Origin: Octopus vulgaris
Taxonomy: Eukaryota
Direction: 5' to 3'
Length of the DNA stretch: 64,000 nt
Assembly (NCBI GenBank): GCA_951406725.2
Contig: OX597835.1
Location: 32,054,001 to 32,118,000 of the forward strand
In this document: in pieces, positions 58,572 to 64,000 of the stretch
Numbering within the stretch: position 1 is the stretch's first letter
Layout of the letters: each line of letters starts with the position of its first letter
Notes under the pieces: generated by a model
The model's input: only the letters and a program-made list of their open reading frames with translations
Database searches by the model: none
Told to the model about the DNA's origin: nothing
Translations under genes and position numbers: made by a program

Positions 58572-58790
58572 TTTTGTGTGTCTGTGTGTGTGTCCCCCCC
58601 CCCCAACATCGCTTGACAACCGATGCTGGTGTGCTTACGGCCCCCGTAACTTAGCAGTTCGGCAAGGGAGACCGATAGAATAAGTACTAGGCCTGCAAAG
58701 AATAAGTCCTGGGGGTCGATTTGCTCGACTAAAGGCGGCGCTACTGTATGGCCGCAGTCAAATGCCTGAAACAAATAAAAGAATAAAAGA
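58364..58790 (+). mobile_element. SINE family B, full length
   Basis: Consensus head, core and tail. Confidence 0.9.
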
Positions 58791-59227
58791 ATATAAATGA
58801 TCCTGTATTTACTATTGAAATATTTGAACCCGTGGCCCGAGGAGCGCCCACGAAACGAAACGATCCACATCCGGAAACAAATCGCTAACGAGATGCATCA
58901 TTAAAATGTGTACACATAACAATAACAACAGCTACCAGCTTCCTTTATTACTTACTGAATATTTAGTTCGGAAATCTGTCCCTTGTCGATGTGGAACTTT
59001 TAATGGATGGCTATTGAACTAAGGTGAGGTCGGTGTCTAAACTTGACTATAATAATGGCCGTATAATGCAGTTACTTTTTATATGTAATTCAGTCTGAAT
59101 AACATTTGTATTCAGGTTTAAATTTTGGATTTCCCAGATGGGAATACATCTTCTAGAAATATAATACAAAGCAATATAACATAATATGATATAATATGAT
59201 ATATATGTATATATATACATGTTCATA

Positions 59228-59271
<44 letters not shown>

Positions 59272-59324
59272 GATACATATACATACATAGATATAACAAA
59301 TACATATTCACACACACACACATA

Positions 59325-59391
<67 letters not shown>

Positions 59392-59457
59392 ATAAAATTC
59401 TAGACGATTTATTCCCTTCGTGGAATCCGATATTCAAACCTGAATACGAAGCGAAGA

Positions 59458-59504
<47 letters not shown>

Positions 59505-60166
59505 CGTTGTATTTACATTTCCATACATATGCATACGCACACACACAAGCATAGAAACACACATACAAACACGCGCCCGCGCATACACACACACACACAT
59601 ATCTATGGGATTTTGTCCACATGATAACGCAGTCGTGTAGAGTAGTGCGCAGGCGTTAAAGAAGAAACGAATAACTGGTAAAGCTTTAATGGTAGTTCTA
59701 TAATTCTTCATGTTGTGCATTAGCAATCGCCAAAGAAAACAAAAAAAGATTCGTAAATAAATAGATTTATCGAAAAATTTTTGAGACATAGTTCTCAACC
59801 TCGTCAGCCTCAGATAGCTTCAGAGAGTTTCGGTAAGTTAGTCTAAGAAGCTTCCGGAACCGTTCATATAAGTGTGTATGTATGTTTATGTATGTATGAA
59901 AGTATGTCTGTAATATATGTGTATGTGTGTATATATCATGTATGTAAGTAATATGTATGTATATATATATATATATATTGGTAAAAACGGTAAGATAACA
60001 AACGAAAGAAAGAGACCTCAATATTATGTAAAGAGAGGAATTTATCTGTAAATGGTCAGATAACCGAAGAGATGGTGGTGTGGAATTCCACCGCGGCATC
60101 CGAAAATCAGAGTTTTATCTTGGGTACTGAATAATTGTCACATATTATTTTACAGATAAATTCCTC

Positions 60167-60226
<60 letters not shown>

Positions 60227-60256
60227 CATACATACATACATACATACATACATACA

Positions 60257-60287
<31 letters not shown>

Positions 60288-60470
60288 CTAGTACACAAAA
60301 CCAGGGAATTTCGATCAAATCAAACCCCTACTGTCTTAAAAAGAGGAACATTGGACCGAATAATTCTTCACTTAGGAAAAGACGTAAGACAAAATTTAAG
60401 GTAATGGAGATAAAATAATGTAAATATATAAAAATACAAGAGTATAAATATTAATAATGAATGGATGGAA

Positions 60471-60848
60471 GCACTCCGTCGGTTACGACGACGAGGGTTC
60501 CGGTTGATCCGAATCAACAGAACAGCCTGCTCGTGAAATTAACGTGTAAGTGGCTGAGCATTCCACAGACACGTGTACCCTTAACGTAGTTCTCGGGGAT
60601 ATTCAGCGTGATACAGAGAGTGAAAAGGCCGGCCCTTTGAAATACAAGTACAACAGAAACAGGAAGTAAGAGTGAGAGAAAGTTGTGGTGAAAGAGTAAA
60701 GCAGGGATCACCACCATCCCCTATCGGAGCCTCGTGGAGCTTTAGGTGTTTTCGCTCAATAAACACTCACAACGCCCGGTCTGGGAATCGAAACCGCAAT
60801 CATATGACCGCGAGTCCGCTTCCCTAACCACTGGGCCATTGCGCCTCC
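60471..60848 (-). mobile_element. SINE family C, full length, tail type 1
   Basis: Reverse complement of 2058-2407 with an intact head (GGAGGCGCAATGGCCCAGTGGTTAG). Confidence 0.88.
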
Positions 60849-62397
60849 ACTATATTAATAATAAAGTGTATGGAAACCGGAACATACATACATACATACA
60901 GTTCCGCACATAGATTTTCTTGCAAAGAATTTGCAGAGGCAAGTGCCACCAGTTGTAAGTTCCGCATTCCCTTTGCTAGCGAATTTACGCGGTCATCAGG
61001 AGGGAATGCGCGCCGTTTCGGGGCCCCCCTCTCGACGGCCACATTGCTGCACCGGCTCCACTTCACTGAAACAAGGCCCCACTTGCTAGATCAACTGGTT
61101 ATCAGGTTTTGCTCAATATTCTAGTCATTGCTCATTGACTCTTTTTAACCACTGCCTATGGCTTCCTATTTCCACTGTTGTCTGGATATCTCTCATGGTG
61201 GTATTTGCTTTACGATGAATTGGGAATAATGACAACATAGTCGCTTCACACTGTGTCCAACGAATCCTCTACATCCGATTTAGATTGGAAAAAATACATG
61301 GAAAAATAGCCCGTTGAAATTCCAATAAAAGGGCCTTGGATCTATGTTAGAAACCGACTCTTTCCTAATTCGCCCATCAGTCTCTGAGCCTAGAAAAATA
61401 GTCAAATTTGCTGCTCTTCTTTTCTTGATTAAACAATGATAAAAAAACATTATCTAAACCACTGTTTCTGAACTGCTTTTGCCTATAGACCCCTTTGCCT
61501 CTTGGTTCACTCAAATGGACCATCTTTAGCCATTCGATGTTTTAAAAATCTTATATTTATAATTAAATATAATTAGGAACACTATTAAAAAAAATAAAAT
61601 TTATTGTTCATTGTACAAGTATAAGCAATTTATTGTACATAAATTTTACATGGCCCACCAAAAGCCATAAGGACCCCGATTGACAACCACTGGTCTAAAC
61701 CAACAACACCTTCAACATTCCACTACCATGACAAACACTAACTGTCTTACCATCAGCAACATTACCTACACCCAGTAAAACAATCAACATTATCGTCGCC
61801 GTCGTCGTCATGATCAACCTCATCATCAGCCTCATTGTCAAAATCATCAGCAGCAGCAACTGTAACGACGTGTTTAACTTAAGTTCTACCCATTGTACTA
61901 ATGAAATGCAAATCTGCATTATCGATAGTCTAAGCGTATGATCTCTACATTACGGCGTTATTGATTTCGCAACAAAGATTTAAATTGGTTCGTTAACAGG
62001 ACATCGTTAGATGACAACAAAATGCTTTTATTTGTTCCTTTATTTATTAGGTAATCGATTATTAATCTGATGATTTAGCTTCTCATGCTAAGACCGGTTT
62101 CAGTCTTTTGGCTATAGTAATATCGGGTCATATCCTTTTTTTTTTTGATGTTTTAATCAGGAGAGGAGGGAAAATCAGACCCTAATGCATGCAACAGAAT
62201 AAACACCACTAAAGGCACCGAAAGACTCGATGGAATTGGATTGAGTCTATGACCTCAAAAAAAGAGGCAATCTACTGACAGGTCTTCTACTGAGTTTCCA
62301 GCGGACAGTTCTTTCGTGAATCCAAAGCTATGGTAGATAACAGCTAGCATGCCGTGCAATGGAATCGATCTCATATTAACGTTACTATGAAATAAAC

Positions 62398-62785
62398 TTC
62401 TTAATCGCAAAGCTATCTCTTAACCATGTAACCATAACTTAACCACAGCCGAGTCTTAACTTTACAGCCTTAACTACTCACTGATGTCTGAACAAGACAG
62501 CTATGTCTTAAATAAATTGTCATATCTTAACTCCACTGCAATGTCTTAAATACATAGTCATACTTTAACGACACAAACATATTAAATACACAGACATGTT
62601 TTAATCGCTCAGCCATATCTTAAACTACACAGGCTTGTCTAAACTACACTACCATATTTTAACCAGGGTCACATATCAGCTAGACAGTCATGTCATAATC
62701 GCACAGGCATAACTCACTCACGTAGCCATGTCTTAACTATACAGCCATATCGTAACAACAGAGACGTATCTTTACCATAGAGCCA
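62398..62785. repeat. Degenerate minisatellite of about 19 bp (roughly 20 units)
   Basis: Recurring CTTAAC.ACACAGCCAT(G/A)T-like units. Confidence 0.75.
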
Positions 62786-63462
62786 AACATGTATTCAAAG
62801 ACAACATCACAAACTTAATGCCTTTTGAACAGATAAACTATTAAACAGAAATCACAAATACTTTAACAATAAGACAAATACGAAGCAAACAGCCGTATGT
62901 AATTTCTAGACGGTAGACGTATTGATTATTCTTAATGAAGCACGGGACTGGTACATTAGCATTCGATCTTTAATCAATTTTACTGAAATTGCAATCAAAG
63001 TTGAAAAACAATTCTAGGACAGTACTAAAGCAAATGTGAAACATCTGTAAAACGACTCGCACAATTTCACATGAGATGCATAACAATGAGTTGAGCAACG
63101 AAAGAAATTCGGCTGTGGATCGGAAGAAGCCTTATATCAAATCCCTCTATGGGGTCGATAAAATAAAGTACCTATCAAATGCTGAAATCAATGAAATCGA
63201 TCTACTAAAATTACTGGCTTTCAGAGCAAACATCGAAGACGCAAAGAGCAACTCGTAAGTCCTCGTACGCCACAAACTCTCCCCTACGATAAATTCCCCC
63301 GTCTCTTCTATGCCACGCTTGGCATGAACAACTACTTGATGCAACGGTGCCCTTCGTACCCATAAACATGAAAGGGCTCGACCACTGCCTTCAGATCTAT
63401 TACTCGGTAGATCGCATAATCGTTAGACTGAAGGACAAAATGCCTCGTGGGATTTGTATTTA

Positions 63463-63680
63463 AGGCGGCGAGCAAGCAGATTCGTTACCACGTCAGGAGA
63501 AATGCTTAGCAGCATTTCGTCCGTCTCCAAGTTCTGGGTTCAAATTCCGCCGAGGTCCTCTTTGCGCATCACTCTTTTGGGGTGTCTATGAATTAAGTAC
63601 AATATAAATCCTGCTGAAGATGTAAATTACTAGTTCCGTCCCCGAATCTTTCAGGAATTGCGTTTATAGATAACAAGATT
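63463..63680 (+). mobile_element. SINE family A, degenerate
   Basis: GGCGGCGAGC head and GTTCAAATTCCGCCGAGGTC. Confidence 0.7.
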
Positions 63681-63745
63681 AATAATCAACTTATCCTGAC
63701 CCCGAATTTAAAATTGCGGGCCTTGAGCAAAAATCTAAACCACCT

Positions 63746-63829
<84 letters not shown>

Positions 63830-64000
63830 ATGGTGGTGATGGTGGTGGCGGTCTTGTGATAGCGGTCGCAGAAAGAATTTTGATTCCTCATTAAAAGTTT
63901 TCTGACAATTTACTGAGAAGAGACCTATATAGAATTCCTATATAGAAATAAAAAAAAAATGAATGAGACAAATAAAGGAAGACAAAAATAAAATATTTGA

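Noticed and set aside
60955-61005. Minus-strand CTGATGA-CCGC...GCGG-AAC hammerhead-like stretch in a GC-rich patch
   Set aside because: It lacks GAAA and a stem III / NUH site.

Overview
AT-rich, microsatellite- and SINE-saturated eukaryotic DNA, almost certainly from an octopus (coleoid cephalopod). The only host coding sequence I can support is the 3' part of an oxytocin/vasopressin-family precursor (cephalotocin/octopressin type) on the minus strand. It has a 202-nt neurophysin exon (18901-18700) spliced across a 13.2-kb intron to a terminal exon (CDS 5478-5375) that the ORF track misses. Together the two exons give a complete 14-Cys neurophysin plus a copeptin-like tail. The exon for the signal peptide and nonapeptide was not found in the 45 kb upstream. 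The rest is repeat: three or more tRNA-derived SINE families, two decayed mariner transposons, a GG-ended MITE with 8-bp TSDs and TTAGGG motifs, and Helitron/Helentron-type non-autonomous elements (one only 71 bp). There are also Penelope-like fragments with hammerhead-like motifs inserted in (TA)n, several long inverted repeats and tandem duplications. Nearly all ORF-track entries are microsatellite or SINE artefacts. Repeat boundaries were read by eye and are approximate unless TSDs or termini are quoted.
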